From Patescibacteria group bacterium (lineage in GTDB: Bacteria > Patescibacteriota > Patescibacteriia > JBAZBY01): 64,000 nt of DNA. Every line of letters starts with the position of its first letter. Positions within the stretch are counted from its first letter, which is position 1. This document shows, piece after piece, positions 37,785 through 47,308 of the stretch. The translations under genes and the position numbers were made by a program. Below the pieces are notes generated by a model. The model was not told the DNA's origin. It searched no databases and saw only the letters and a program-made list of their open reading frames with translations. Where the stretch lies: contig JBAZBY010000001.1 in assembly GCA_041671225.1 (NCBI GenBank), positions 302,940 through 366,939 on the forward strand. Reading direction: 5' to 3'.

Positions 37785-39218
37785 ATGTCATTCACCCGGG
37801 CGGTCGCCCACAATACAATTGTCCAGACCATAGGTAAAGCAATTTCCACATTATTAGGATTGATTACCTTTGCTTTACTCGCGCGTTATCTTGGGCAGGA
37901 AGGGTATGGTCATTATTATACGGTTTTGTCTTATCTTGGGTTTTTCTCCGTTCTTGCGGATTTTGGACTGTACATTATTGTTGCTCGCGAGCTTGGGAGA
38001 AAGGAAAAACCGGAGGGCGAGATTCTTGGGAATCTTCTCGCATTGCGGTTGGTGCTCGCCTTTATTATTCTGAGTATCGGCATTGTTCTTTCACTATTCT
38101 TTCCATACCCTGGCGTTGTGAAGATAAGTATTCTTGTGGGAGCAGCGAACTTTCTTTTTATCGCGGTCATACAATTATTGGTTGGGTTGTTTCAGGCGCA
38201 CCTTAACACGTTCTGGGTTGTGTTCGGTGAGATCATCGGGCGCTTGGTGGTTATCGGTCTTGTGTTACTCATTATTTCGAACGCAGGTGCACTCCCCTGG
38301 ATCATTGCCGCTGTGGTACTGGGAAGTTTTTCCAATTTTGTGATTATGCTTCTTGCCACGCGTCGTTTTGTGCGCCTTTCGCTTAAATTCGATATGGTGT
38401 ACTGGCGGTATATTCTACGGGAAACATTCCCCATCGCGGTATCCGTTATTCTTAATCTTATTTATTTCCGTCTCGACACGATATTACTTTCCATCTTTCA
38501 ACCTGCTTCTGAAGTCGGGTTGTATGGCGCAGCGTATAAGATTTTAGAAATTCTGGTCACATTCCCCAATATGTTTATTGGGCTGATACTCCCGGTGCTC
38601 TCGTATTGGGCATTGCATGATACTGATCGCTTCCGCCGTATCTTTCAGCGAGCGTTTGACCTCTTAATTGCAGGAGGACTCCCATTGGTTATTGGCGGTT
38701 TGTGGCTCGCGGAGCCGATTATTGTTCTCATCTCCGGTCAAGAATTCGCCGCAGCAGCGCCAGTGTTTCAACTCCTCCTTTTTGCCGTCTTTTCATTGTT
38801 TTTGGGCTCACTTTCTGGGCATGCCATTGTGGCTATTGGCAAGCAACGGGTGATGGTTTGGGTGTATCTCTGTATTGCAGTACTTGGTATTGGTGTGTAT
38901 TTGCTATTAATTCCGATATTTTCGTTTTATGGTGCGGCGTTTGGTACCATTCTTACAGAGACGCTGAGTATGAGCGTTGGGTACTTCATCATTTTGCGTA
39001 ACAAACGTTTTACACTCAACATTTGGGGCGTAGGGAGAGCGCTGCTTGCAAGCGCGTGTATGTCACTTGTGCTCTGGGCATTGCATCCGTATGGTCTCTT
39101 TATTAATCTTATTGCTGGCGGGTTCGTGTATGTTGGTGCACTCCTTGCGTTTGGAGGGATTCGACGTGATGAATTACTTGAAATAGTTCGTGGAAGAAAA
39201 AAGGAGACTGAAGCATGA
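37785..39218 (+). CDS. Wzx-like polysaccharide flippase
   Basis: ARYLGQEGYG, LADFGL, RLDTILL, VGLYGAAYK; 12-14 TM. Confidence 0.92.
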   Translation: MSFTRAVAHNTIVQTIGKAISTLLGLITFALLARYLGQEGYGHYYTVLSYLGFFSVLADFGLYIIVARELGRKEKPEGEILGNLLALRLVLAFIILSIGIVLSLFFPYPGVVKISILVGAANFLFIAVIQLLVGLFQAHLNTFWVVFGEIIGRLVVIGLVLLIISNAGALPWIIAAVVLGSFSNFVIMLLATRRFVRLSLKFDMVYWRYILRETFPIAVSVILNLIYFRLDTILLSIFQPASEVGLYGAAYKILEILVTFPNMFIGLILPVLSYWALHDTDRFRRIFQRAFDLLIAGGLPLVIGGLWLAEPIIVLISGQEFAAAAPVFQLLLFAVFSLFLGSLSGHAIVAIGKQRVMVWVYLCIAVLGIGVYLLLIPIFSFYGAAFGTILTETLSMSVGYFIILRNKRFTLNIWGVGRALLASACMSLVLWALHPYGLFINLIAGGFVYVGALLAFGGIRRDELLEIVRGRKKETEA

Positions 39219-40093
39219 AGTGTTCTGTTGTTATTCCAACACTGAATCGCCCGGAGGCGGTCACGGGACTTGTCGAACAGATATTACGACAAGATTTTCA
39301 TGATAAGGAGATTATTATTGTTGACCAAAGTCCAGAGGTGAATATCGATTTGGAAAGACTTGATGCAACACGTAATGATGTCCGTTATCTCCGTCGAGAG
39401 AAGCCCTCAACAACAGCAGCGCGCAATATGGGATGGAAGACCGCGCAGGGAGAGATTATTGTTTTTTTTGATGATGATACGGATCTTCTTGATGCGCATG
39501 TGCTGTCTCAACACATCAAAAATTATGAGAATGAGAATATTGGTGGAGTTGGTGGGCGCGTAAAGGATGATCAGGCCCTGAACAAAATTGATGGAGGTCC
39601 CGTATGCGCAGTAACATGGACTGGAGTGATCCATCCCAATGCCGATTCGGATATGCGGCAGCCTATTTCAGCGCCGCGTGGGGGGAATATGTCCTTCAGG
39701 CGAAAGGTTATAGAAGAGGTTGGTGGCTTTGATGAACGCTTTCGTGGCAACGCAATGCGCGAGGAAACAGATTTTTCATTACGCGTTGTTCGCGCGGGAC
39801 ACATCATTATGTTTGACCCACTTGCCGCCGTTGCGCACCGCACCCTTCTTTATGGTGGGTCACGCGATAAAGATCGTATTTCTTGGTATGAGGATTTCTT
39901 TTTTAATGAAACGCTCTTTTTTGTGAAACATTTTCCCTTAACATTGTTTCCTCTGCTATTATTGCGCAAGACGCGACCGATTATTGCGTGCATGGTGTAT
40001 TATGGAAAGGGGAGACCCCGCGCACTTCGCGCGCCTTGGAAAGGAATTACCCACGGATGGAAAGCAGCCAGAATACCACTACAAAAAGATTAA
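39215..40093 (+). CDS. Glycosyltransferase family 2
   Basis: SVVIPTLNR, IIIVDQS, ARNMG, FFDDD, GGFDERF, EETDFSLR. Confidence 0.93.
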   Translation: MKCSVVIPTLNRPEAVTGLVEQILRQDFHDKEIIIVDQSPEVNIDLERLDATRNDVRYLRREKPSTTAARNMGWKTAQGEIIVFFDDDTDLLDAHVLSQHIKNYENENIGGVGGRVKDDQALNKIDGGPVCAVTWTGVIHPNADSDMRQPISAPRGGNMSFRRKVIEEVGGFDERFRGNAMREETDFSLRVVRAGHIIMFDPLAAVAHRTLLYGGSRDKDRISWYEDFFFNETLFFVKHFPLTLFPLLLLRKTRPIIACMVYYGKGRPRALRAPWKGITHGWKAARIPLQKD

Positions 40094-41508
40094 TTCCATC
40101 ACCACTTCTTCTTGTGTTGTTTGGTGGTATTTTTGCAGTGTTGACTGGTGCAGGGGCTGCCCTGTTTGGGTTTATCGGCGCGCTACTGGGAATTGCCGTC
40201 TCTCTTGGTATTTTTTTGGCGCTCGCGGTGTTCAAAAATCCATGGCTCGGCGTTCTTCTTGTTACGCTTACCATTCCTTTTGAGCGTTTTGGATCCCTTG
40301 AAGTGGCAGGGCTTACATTGCGCCTTTCTCAAGTGTTTGGTGCATTGACCGTGGTGGCATTTATTGCAGCCGTGCTGGTTGCCCGCCGTGTGCGCTTGCA
40401 GCCTCATCCAGGAGCCGTGCCAATCATTCTTTTTCTTGTCGTTACGCTGCTTTCTTTACTCATGGCCGAAAATCTCATGCGTGGCGTGATGGTCTTTCTT
40501 TTTGTATTCTTCACCGTTCTCGTGCATTTTCTGATTTCGAGCCTCGTGACAACCAAAGAACGCCTGCAGCGAATCATTAAGACGCTACTGATCATCACAG
40601 GAGTTATCGCGGTATTTGGCCTCTTTCAGTTTTTTGGGGATGTCATTGGTTTGCCCACAAGTATCACTGGTTTGCGTGATCTCTACACCAGCGATGTATT
40701 TGGTTTTCCACGCGTACAATCTACGTTTCTTGAACCGCTCTACTTTGCGAACTTCCTCCTCATCCCCATCGGCCTTTTGCTTTCATATTTATTTTCTCCA
40801 CAGCGCGTGATGCGACCACTCTTTCTCTTTCTTTTACTTGGCCTTGCAGTATTAAATCTTGTGCTTACGCTTTCTCGCGGGGGATACATTGGGTTGTTTA
40901 TAACGGCGTTGGTCGTTGTTGTGTATTCTTTTCGCAAAGTATTCACCCCGAGCAGAATATTGTTTGGCGCATTGCTGATCATTATTATTGGGTATGCCTT
41001 CACTCAGATTTTTGCTTTTACCGGACAAGAAGACATATTTCTCGGTCGTTTTGTGACGCAGGCGACAGATATTTTTTCTGGCGCATCCTTTTTTGATAGG
41101 GCTGATACTTTTTCACAAGCGCTGGATCTCTTTAAACAACACCCATGGCTTGGAGTTGGCATAGGGAATTTTGGTCCGGCCATTGCAGCACACCCGTTGC
41201 AGCAACCAGAGGGTGGTTGGCTTATTGTGAATAATGAATTTTTGGAGATTCTTGCTGAAACGGGCATTCTGGGGTTCACTGCATTCGTTGCTTTTCTCTC
41301 AGTACTCTTTTTTCGTTCCCTAAGGCTGCTGCGTGCAGCTCAAGATTCCTTCACAAAAAGGACGCTCATTGGTCTTTTTGCAGCTTTTCTTGGCGTCCTT
41401 GCGCAGTACCAGACATTCTCTATTCTTTTCATCATGCATATTTGGTTTCTTTTTGGTCTCTTAGTGGCCGTGCAAAATCTTGTAGAGAAGGAGACGCGCA
41501 ATGTTTGA
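40057..41508 (+). CDS. O-antigen ligase/Wzy_C-family membrane protein
   Basis: RVQSTFLEPLYFA, LTLSRGG, HPWLGVGIGNF, LAETGILG. Confidence 0.88.
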   Translation: MESSQNTTTKRLIPSPLLLVLFGGIFAVLTGAGAALFGFIGALLGIAVSLGIFLALAVFKNPWLGVLLVTLTIPFERFGSLEVAGLTLRLSQVFGALTVVAFIAAVLVARRVRLQPHPGAVPIILFLVVTLLSLLMAENLMRGVMVFLFVFFTVLVHFLISSLVTTKERLQRIIKTLLIITGVIAVFGLFQFFGDVIGLPTSITGLRDLYTSDVFGFPRVQSTFLEPLYFANFLLIPIGLLLSYLFSPQRVMRPLFLFLLLGLAVLNLVLTLSRGGYIGLFITALVVVVYSFRKVFTPSRILFGALLIIIIGYAFTQIFAFTGQEDIFLGRFVTQATDIFSGASFFDRADTFSQALDLFKQHPWLGVGIGNFGPAIAAHPLQQPEGGWLIVNNEFLEILAETGILGFTAFVAFLSVLFFRSLRLLRAAQDSFTKRTLIGLFAAFLGVLAQYQTFSILFIMHIWFLFGLLVAVQNLVEKETRNV

Positions 41509-42763
41509 AGGCATCACCATTGCTGTTTTTGCCCTGCTTTTTCTTTACCTTGTTTGGGAAAGGCTCGAGTGGGCAATCACACTGACGCTTATATTATTGC
41601 CGGCCTATCAGCTGCGTTTTCAGCTATGGTTTGTGCCTATGACCATGCTCGAAGTTATGTTGTTGCTGGTATTTTTTGGGTGGGCACTTAAATGTTTATA
41701 TGAAAGACGCAGTTTTTCATCTCTTCGTTTTCCAGGAAAGTGGCCGGTGGTACTCTTTCTTCTCGCAGGAGTTGTTGCGGTAGTTATTTCACCTGATACG
41801 CGTCAAGCACTCGGACTTTGGAAAGCCTATCTTCTTGAACCGATCATGTTTTATGTTGTACTTGTGAACACCATGAAGACTGAGCAGCAGCTTCGCATGC
41901 TTCTTTTTGGGTTTGGCGTGGCAATACTTGCCATTGGTTATGTTGTGGTTCTTCAGATGCTCGACATCGTGCAAATTCCAAACAACTATGGCGTAGAGTC
42001 ACCTCGGCGCGCAACATCATTCTTTGCATTTCCGACTGCAGTGGGCAAGTTTGTTGGTCCGCTTGTTGGACTTTTTCTCGGGCTACTCTTTATGAGCGCA
42101 AAGGACTCTCTGCGCACGCTGCTGCGGACCAAAGGGTTCCTGGTTGGTGTTATCCTTTTTGGACTTTTTGGTTTAGTGTTCTCGGTTACACGCGGTGCAC
42201 TGCTTGGGGTTTTTGTGAGTATGATGTTCGTTGCATTTTTTTCTCCATGGAAGAAGGTGCTTTGGATCACAATAAGCACGGTACTATTTGTGGCGCTGTG
42301 TATTCCACAAACACGACAAAATATCGTGGGCGTATTTGAAACAACAGACACATCAACCGATGTTCATCTGATCATGTGGAAAGGCGCGTGGCGTATTATT
42401 CAGGATCACCCTATAGCAGGGACAGGTCTTGCGAGTTTTCCTATTGTGTATGATGACTATCGCGACATTGCACATATAGAATTTTTTCCCAATCCGGATC
42501 ACCTCATTCTCACGCTATGGATAGAGATGGGACTCGCAGGGTTGCTGCTTTTTGCCTGGCTCATGGTGCGATATTTCACTGCTGGCGTGCGCCTTCTTCG
42601 TACAAATAGACCCCTTGCCGTAGGGCTCATGGCGGCCATGATTGTTCTTCTTGTTCATGGCTTTCTCGATACACCATACTTCAAGAATGATCTTGCCGTT
42701 ATCTTTTGGGCACTATTTGCAATGGTGCATATAAGATTCGCTCGGGGAGTAGTAAAGAAATAA
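41501..42763 (+). CDS. O-antigen ligase/Wzy_C-family membrane protein
   Basis: RATSFF, SVTRGA, HPIAGTGLASF, WIEMGLAG, HGFLDTPYFKND. Confidence 0.88.
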   Translation: MFEGITIAVFALLFLYLVWERLEWAITLTLILLPAYQLRFQLWFVPMTMLEVMLLLVFFGWALKCLYERRSFSSLRFPGKWPVVLFLLAGVVAVVISPDTRQALGLWKAYLLEPIMFYVVLVNTMKTEQQLRMLLFGFGVAILAIGYVVVLQMLDIVQIPNNYGVESPRRATSFFAFPTAVGKFVGPLVGLFLGLLFMSAKDSLRTLLRTKGFLVGVILFGLFGLVFSVTRGALLGVFVSMMFVAFFSPWKKVLWITISTVLFVALCIPQTRQNIVGVFETTDTSTDVHLIMWKGAWRIIQDHPIAGTGLASFPIVYDDYRDIAHIEFFPNPDHLILTLWIEMGLAGLLLFAWLMVRYFTAGVRLLRTNRPLAVGLMAAMIVLLVHGFLDTPYFKNDLAVIFWALFAMVHIRFARGVVKK

Positions 42764-42769
42764 ATACAA

Positions 42770-42801
42770 AAACTCCTCGCAGGATCCTTGGCGAGGAGTT
42801 T
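42770..42801. terminator. Bidirectional intrinsic terminator between convergent genes
   Basis: AAACTCCTCGC...GCGAGGAGTTT. Confidence 0.75.
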
Positions 42802-42810
42802 ATGGAGCGC

Positions 42811-42942
42811 TTAACGCTTCTTGCGACGTGCCTTGCGCTTCGCTGGTTTCTTTTTTGCTACCTTTCGCTTGGTCGTGCGCTTCTTTGCTACCTTTCGCTT
42901 TTTCACTACCTTCTTTGCCTTCGCTTTTTTTTTGCGTGCCAT
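42811..42942 (-). CDS. 43-aa Lys/Arg-rich histone-H1/protamine-like protein
   Basis: Manual translation MARKKKAKAKKVVKKRKVAKKRTTKRKVAKKKPAKRKARRKKR; strong SD (AGGGGGTG) upstream and a terminator downstream. Confidence 0.8.
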   Translation of the reverse strand: MARKKKAKAKKVVKKRKVAKKRTTKRKVAKKKPAKRKARRKKR

Positions 42943-43071
42943 GTGTTATCACACCCCCTTTCGTTTTTTCAAAACGTTTTCAAAACGTTTTGACATTTGA
43001 TTATGAAAATCAATTAAAGTATAGAACAAAAGTTATACACAGTACAAGAAGAGAAAATATATTTACACACA

Positions 43072-43650
43072 CTATGCACGATATTTGTTTCTTTGAGAAA
43101 GAAGAACAACAACAAATGATGTATCAAGTAGCACAATTGCGATTGGGTAGAGTAGCGTGGTAAAGGTTTTTGTTTCTATAGCAATAATACCAAGGAGCAG
43201 CGCAAAGGAATCAAGCGCAAAGGTTATTGCCATGTCATCATATGGCTTATAAAAGCCCTTACGCAGCGTGGGGAGAAAACCAAAAATATCCGCTAATGTC
43301 ACAAGCAACACGGCGGTCAATGGGTTGTTGGTTATTTGCCAGCCTATGAGAGCACTTATACCACCAAGAAAACTTATCCAGTCAAAAAGAGATAAGGATA
43401 CGTTTTGTTTTTTGAGGCTGTAGAGACCAATGGTAGTGCAGCTTAGCGCAATTGCACCCGTTGCAATGGCTCCGATACCGGCTCCGCCTGCAATCTGAGC
43501 AGCAAATGCGATTGCATTTAATAGCCCCCAGATAAGCCATGAAAGGGGATGTGGTTTTGTGGTTCCGCGACGAATGCCCTGAAAATAAAAAACAAAACTT
43601 ATCGCAATCAGTATTGGCGCGATGTATCCAAGGAGGGTGATCCAGTACAT
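43072..43650 (-). CDS. Hypothetical membrane protein (internally duplicated TKPH..SW / KPY.D motifs)
   Basis: About 7 TM; ATG 43650 is preceded by TACACT-N6. Confidence 0.75.
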   Translation of the reverse strand: MYWITLLGYIAPILIAISFVFYFQGIRRGTTKPHPLSWLIWGLLNAIAFAAQIAGGAGIGAIATGAIALSCTTIGLYSLKKQNVSLSLFDWISFLGGISALIGWQITNNPLTAVLLVTLADIFGFLPTLRKGFYKPYDDMAITFALDSFALLLGIIAIETKTFTTLLYPIAIVLLDTSFVVVLLSQRNKYRA

Positions 43651-43723
43651 ATGCAGAGTGTAACTTTTTTCTATCAATAAAACAACGAACAACGTTCGCA
43701 ATACTCCCCATCTCAAATACTTT

Positions 43724-43799
43724 TGGTGGACCCTACCGGGCTCGAACCGGTCACCTCCGCGTTGCAAACGCGGCGCTCTACCAAATGAGCTAAGGGCCC
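43724..43799 (-). tRNA. tRNA-Ala(TGC)
   Basis: Cloverleaf, anticodon arm CCGCG-TT-TGC-AA-CGCGG, G3:U70 pair, encoded CCA. Confidence 0.97.
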
Positions 43800-43814
43800 A
43801 TCAAAAGTTTTCGA

Positions 43815-44078
43815 TTATGGCGTAGTCTCTCCACTGAAGAGTCCGAACAGCGGTCCTATGGTCGCATTTAAGATTCCTTCCCAAAAACCAAATAAGGCAA
43901 GGAATGCTCCAATGATAATAGCAATACCAAGCATGTTGTAAAAGAATCGGGAACCACCGTATTCAACGAATTTTCTCTCAGCAAAATCGACGCGGCCGAA
44001 CGCGGCCAGTATTGTATCTGTTTTGATGACCATGAAAGCGCCAATAACGATGACGACAAGAGAAATGAGATATTTCAT
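43815..44078 (-). CDS. Small hypothetical membrane protein (2 TM)
   Basis: MKYLISLVVIVIG...GRVDFAERKF..GGSRFFY; extended -10 TGCTATACT 6 nt before the ATG. Confidence 0.75.
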   Translation of the reverse strand: MKYLISLVVIVIGAFMVIKTDTILAAFGRVDFAERKFVEYGGSRFFYNMLGIAIIIGAFLALFGFWEGILNATIGPLFGLFSGETTP

Positions 44079-44208
44079 TTCTTCAGTATAGCAGATGTGC
44101 TTCCAATGCCACCATTTTCTACTATCTGAGCCCGTATCAGCTCGCCTACGCTTTTTATGAAGCTTGGAGCTTTGTCGGGGTAGCCGTCTTTCACTCGGGC
44201 GGAAGCTC

Positions 44209-44285
44209 TGGTGGGCGAAATAGGATTCGAACCTATGACCTCCTCGGTGTAAACGAGGCGCTCTAACCAGCTGAGCTATTCGCCC
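44209..44285 (-). tRNA. tRNA-Val(TAC)
   Basis: CCTCG-TT-TAC-AC-CGAGG anticodon arm; GGTTCGAATCC; CCA. Confidence 0.97.
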
Positions 44286-44373
44286 TGGTGGGCGAGAGAG
44301 GACTCGAACCTCCAACCCCATTATGGGGACTAGCCCCTCAAGCTAGCGCGTATACCAATTCCGCCACTCGCCC
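44286..44373 (-). tRNA. tRNA-Leu(GAG)
   Basis: CTAGC-TT-GAG-GG-GCTAG anticodon arm, long variable arm, CCA. Confidence 0.96.
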
Positions 44374-44383
44374 GTATATGAGC

Positions 44384-44824
44384 TTAGTTTGTGATTTTAA
44401 GACGCCGCGCCTTTGCTTCGCGCAGGTGATAGAGGGTTGCCTGCCGTGTCTTGGAATTCTTTCTTACTTCAATTTTTTCGATGAGCGGAGATGCAAGCGG
44501 AAAAATCTTTTCAACACCGATACCTTCAGAAATTTTACGAACAGTAATAGTGCCATTAATGCCCGCGCCATGCTTTGCAGTGAGGATGATGCCTTCAAAA
44601 ATCTGAATACGTTCCTTTTCACCCTCTTGAATACGCAGGTGAACACGAACAGTCTGTCCGGCACGGAGTTTTGGATGTTTTGGCTTTGCAGATTTTTTCT
44701 CCTGAGCATCAACAACATCGTTGACTTTGTCACCCTTTTCGTCAGAGGAAGATTCCTTTATTGGAGCCTCATCCTGTGGTGTTTTTTCTTTCATTTCGTC
44801 CTTGGTTGTTTCTTCGTTTGTCAT
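44384..44824 (-). CDS. rplS: 50S ribosomal protein L19 with a charged N-terminal extension
   Basis: [44 protein letters not shown]. Confidence 0.96.
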   Translation of the reverse strand: MTNEETTKDEMKEKTPQDEAPIKESSSDEKGDKVNDVVDAQEKKSAKPKHPKLRAGQTVRVHLRIQEGEKERIQIFEGIILTAKHGAGINGTITVRKISEGIGVEKIFPLASPLIEKIEVRKNSKTRQATLYHLREAKARRLKITN

Positions 44825-44875
44825 ACAAAAATATCGTCAAAAGCTAAATCACACTACCGTACATCCTTTTTCCTG

Positions 44876-45802
44876 TCAACTCTTTTGCTTCCCCTTACTA
44901 AGGAGTGCCATAAGGCGTGAGAATGCTTCCGGAAGCGGGGAGGTGTATGGGCCCATAAGAGTGCCAAAGAAAGGAAATGATAGCTCCACAGCATGTAAAT
45001 ACAGTCGTTCTGCGGGGATGCCACTTATTCCCTTTGGGTGGTACACCATATCTCCAATCACAGGGTGCCCCAAGGCATAGAAGTGGACGCGGATCTGGTG
45101 AGATCGCCCCGTGATGATATGGATAGACGCTTGCGTTGCGTGTGTGAATACGCGCATGACCTCGTAGTGTGTTTCTGCGCTCCGCGCTTCAGGGTCATTT
45201 TCTGGCACCGCGGCCATGCGGCCCGTTGTTTTGGAGCGTCGTATGTGGAAGGTGATAACCCCACTTTCTTTTTGTATAACACCATGGAGTAAGGCTATGT
45301 ATGTTTTTTTTACGCGACGCTCGTGGAATGCGGCGTGTAATTCATCAAAACCCTCCTGCGTCTTTGCAACAACGAGCAAGCCTGATACTTCACGGTCAAG
45401 GCGGTGTACGATACCAGGACGCGTTGCAGTGCCAACATGGGCGCTTTCTGGCACATGTTCTGCGAGCCAATCGAGCAGTGTTTTTTCGTTCGTGCCTTTT
45501 GCGGGGTGTACGAGTACGCCAGTGGGTTTTTCTATCACTGCGAAGTGTTCGTCGTTATGGACTAAGCGAATATCTTTGAAGTGCGGTGGCGTTGTTGGTG
45601 GAACCGGAGCATTTTCTTGGATCGTGATTATTTCTCCCCCTTTAAGAAAGTGATGCGGAGGCACTGGTTTTTCATCAACCGTTATTTCACCACGCGCAAT
45701 GGTTCTTTGTAATTGCGTACGACTTCCTACAAAACCCTGAGCGACCAAAAAGCGATCCAGCCGTTCGCCCCTTGCTGATTCCGGAACATTAATGCTTTGC
45801 AT
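44876..45802 (-). CDS. RluA/RluD-family pseudouridine synthase with S4 domain
   Basis: RLDRFL, KPTGVLVHP, GIVHRLDREVSG, TGRSHQIRVH, LHA. Confidence 0.95.
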   Translation of the reverse strand: MQSINVPESARGERLDRFLVAQGFVGSRTQLQRTIARGEITVDEKPVPPHHFLKGGEIITIQENAPVPPTTPPHFKDIRLVHNDEHFAVIEKPTGVLVHPAKGTNEKTLLDWLAEHVPESAHVGTATRPGIVHRLDREVSGLLVVAKTQEGFDELHAAFHERRVKKTYIALLHGVIQKESGVITFHIRRSKTTGRMAAVPENDPEARSAETHYEVMRVFTHATQASIHIITGRSHQIRVHFYALGHPVIGDMVYHPKGISGIPAERLYLHAVELSFPFFGTLMGPYTSPLPEAFSRLMALLSKGKQKS

Positions 45803-47243
45803 GGTGCGTGCCTTTTTCCTTTACAAACGCACGTGCGTCGCCTGGCGTTGTCAGTTCGCCGTTAAGTTGTTTTGCGCGGAGTTCAGCGAGCAGCACACCC
45901 AACTGTTCCCCTGGCTGCATACCAAAATCACGCATGATCTCTTTGCCAGAAATGAGAAAAAGAGGCTTACCTTTTTTGTATGCACGCCGTTCAATATTCT
46001 GTAGTCGTTCCTCGAGCGTCATGAATTCTTTGCGGTGTATCGCACGTTTTTTTGGATCACCCGCCTCCCAGTTTGCGAGCAATAATCGCTTGAGCACCTT
46101 TCCTTGTTCTGGCTGTGCTAAAAAGTATGCATCAAGTGTTTGATCAGTGATGGTGCTGAGCGCACCGCGGGAAAGCACCATATGATGTGCAATAGCCGCA
46201 AGCATAGGAGTTCGTCTTGCGCCACCCTGCGCAAGCTGTAGTCGCTCCCAAATAACCTGTGCAAGGTCTGCACTTCTTTCAGCATGTCGATGGAAGGTAA
46301 CGATTGTTTTTCCGCCTACCTTGCGCGCCTGACGTGTTTTTTTCTTTCCAATGTCGTGCAGAAGTATTGCCCAAAGTACCGTGGGATCCTTTTCAGGACC
46401 ACCAAAGATTTTGCAATATTTTTTGTCTCGCGTTGCCTCAAGTGCAAGATGTGTGTGCGACCATGCATCTCCATCATATGCCTCCTTTATTTCATGCAAT
46501 GCCATAAGTTCTGGGAAGAGAATTTTCCCGATGCCCGTTTCATTGAGGAGTTCAAGAAGCAGCGATGGGTGCGCAACGAGCGCCTTGGTAAGCTCTTGTG
46601 CAATCATTTCTTTTGGTATCACGCGTTCGCTGAGCTTCAGAGAGAGGGTTTTAAGGGCTTTGCGCGTATCAGTTGCGATGGTGGCATCAAGCTCACAGGT
46701 GAACCGAATGGCGCGTAGCATGCGCGTATAGTCTTCAGAGAAGCGCTCTGTGGGGTCTCCCACTGTTTGAATAATGCGTTCAGCAATATCCTTTTGGCCT
46801 TCAAATGGATCAATAAGTTTTTTAGAAATGAGATCCAGCGCCATTGCGTTGATGGTAAAATCACGCCGACCGAGGTCTTCCTCAATAGGGAGCGTTTCAT
46901 CAAAGCGAACACGGAATCCTGTGCGAGAACCAGGTTCTGCTGAGCGTTCCGTACGGGGGAGTGCGATATCAATCGGACTATGCTCGCCATTTGCTAAAAA
47001 TTTGATGGTGCCAAAATCTCCAACCGCATTCACCGTGCCATGTTTTGAGAGGAACGCCCCGAGTTTTTTGTATGAGATTCCTGTGACGACCACATCAATA
47101 TCCGCGAGTGCTTTGCCGCGCAAAAGGTCGCGAACGGCACCGCCGACAAGATAGACGTGCGTTCCTTGTTCGACGGCGAGTTGTATGAGAATACGTACCG
47201 CAGTATGTCGCAGTAGTTTCTTTGGAAGTGTAGTAAGTGGCAT
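45789..47243 (-). CDS. CCA-adding tRNA nucleotidyltransferase/poly(A) polymerase family with HD domain
   Basis: YLVGGAVRD, DIDVVV, RRDFTINAM, EDYTRMLRAIRF, LLHDIGK. Confidence 0.92.
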   Translation of the reverse strand: MPLTTLPKKLLRHTAVRILIQLAVEQGTHVYLVGGAVRDLLRGKALADIDVVVTGISYKKLGAFLSKHGTVNAVGDFGTIKFLANGEHSPIDIALPRTERSAEPGSRTGFRVRFDETLPIEEDLGRRDFTINAMALDLISKKLIDPFEGQKDIAERIIQTVGDPTERFSEDYTRMLRAIRFTCELDATIATDTRKALKTLSLKLSERVIPKEMIAQELTKALVAHPSLLLELLNETGIGKILFPELMALHEIKEAYDGDAWSHTHLALEATRDKKYCKIFGGPEKDPTVLWAILLHDIGKKKTRQARKVGGKTIVTFHRHAERSADLAQVIWERLQLAQGGARRTPMLAAIAHHMVLSRGALSTITDQTLDAYFLAQPEQGKVLKRLLLANWEAGDPKKRAIHRKEFMTLEERLQNIERRAYKKGKPLFLISGKEIMRDFGMQPGEQLGVLLAELRAKQLNGELTTPGDARAFVKEKGTHHAKH

Positions 47244-47308
47244 ACGGCCAAAGTGTAGCAGGATTGACGCCTTTTCGCATCTGACGCGCGATGGTACAGT
47301 AAGCATAT

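Noticed and set aside
43651-44321. Long N-terminal extensions of ORFs 43072..43767 and 43815..44321
   Set aside because: They run through tRNA genes; downstream ATGs with adjacent -10 boxes are better starts.
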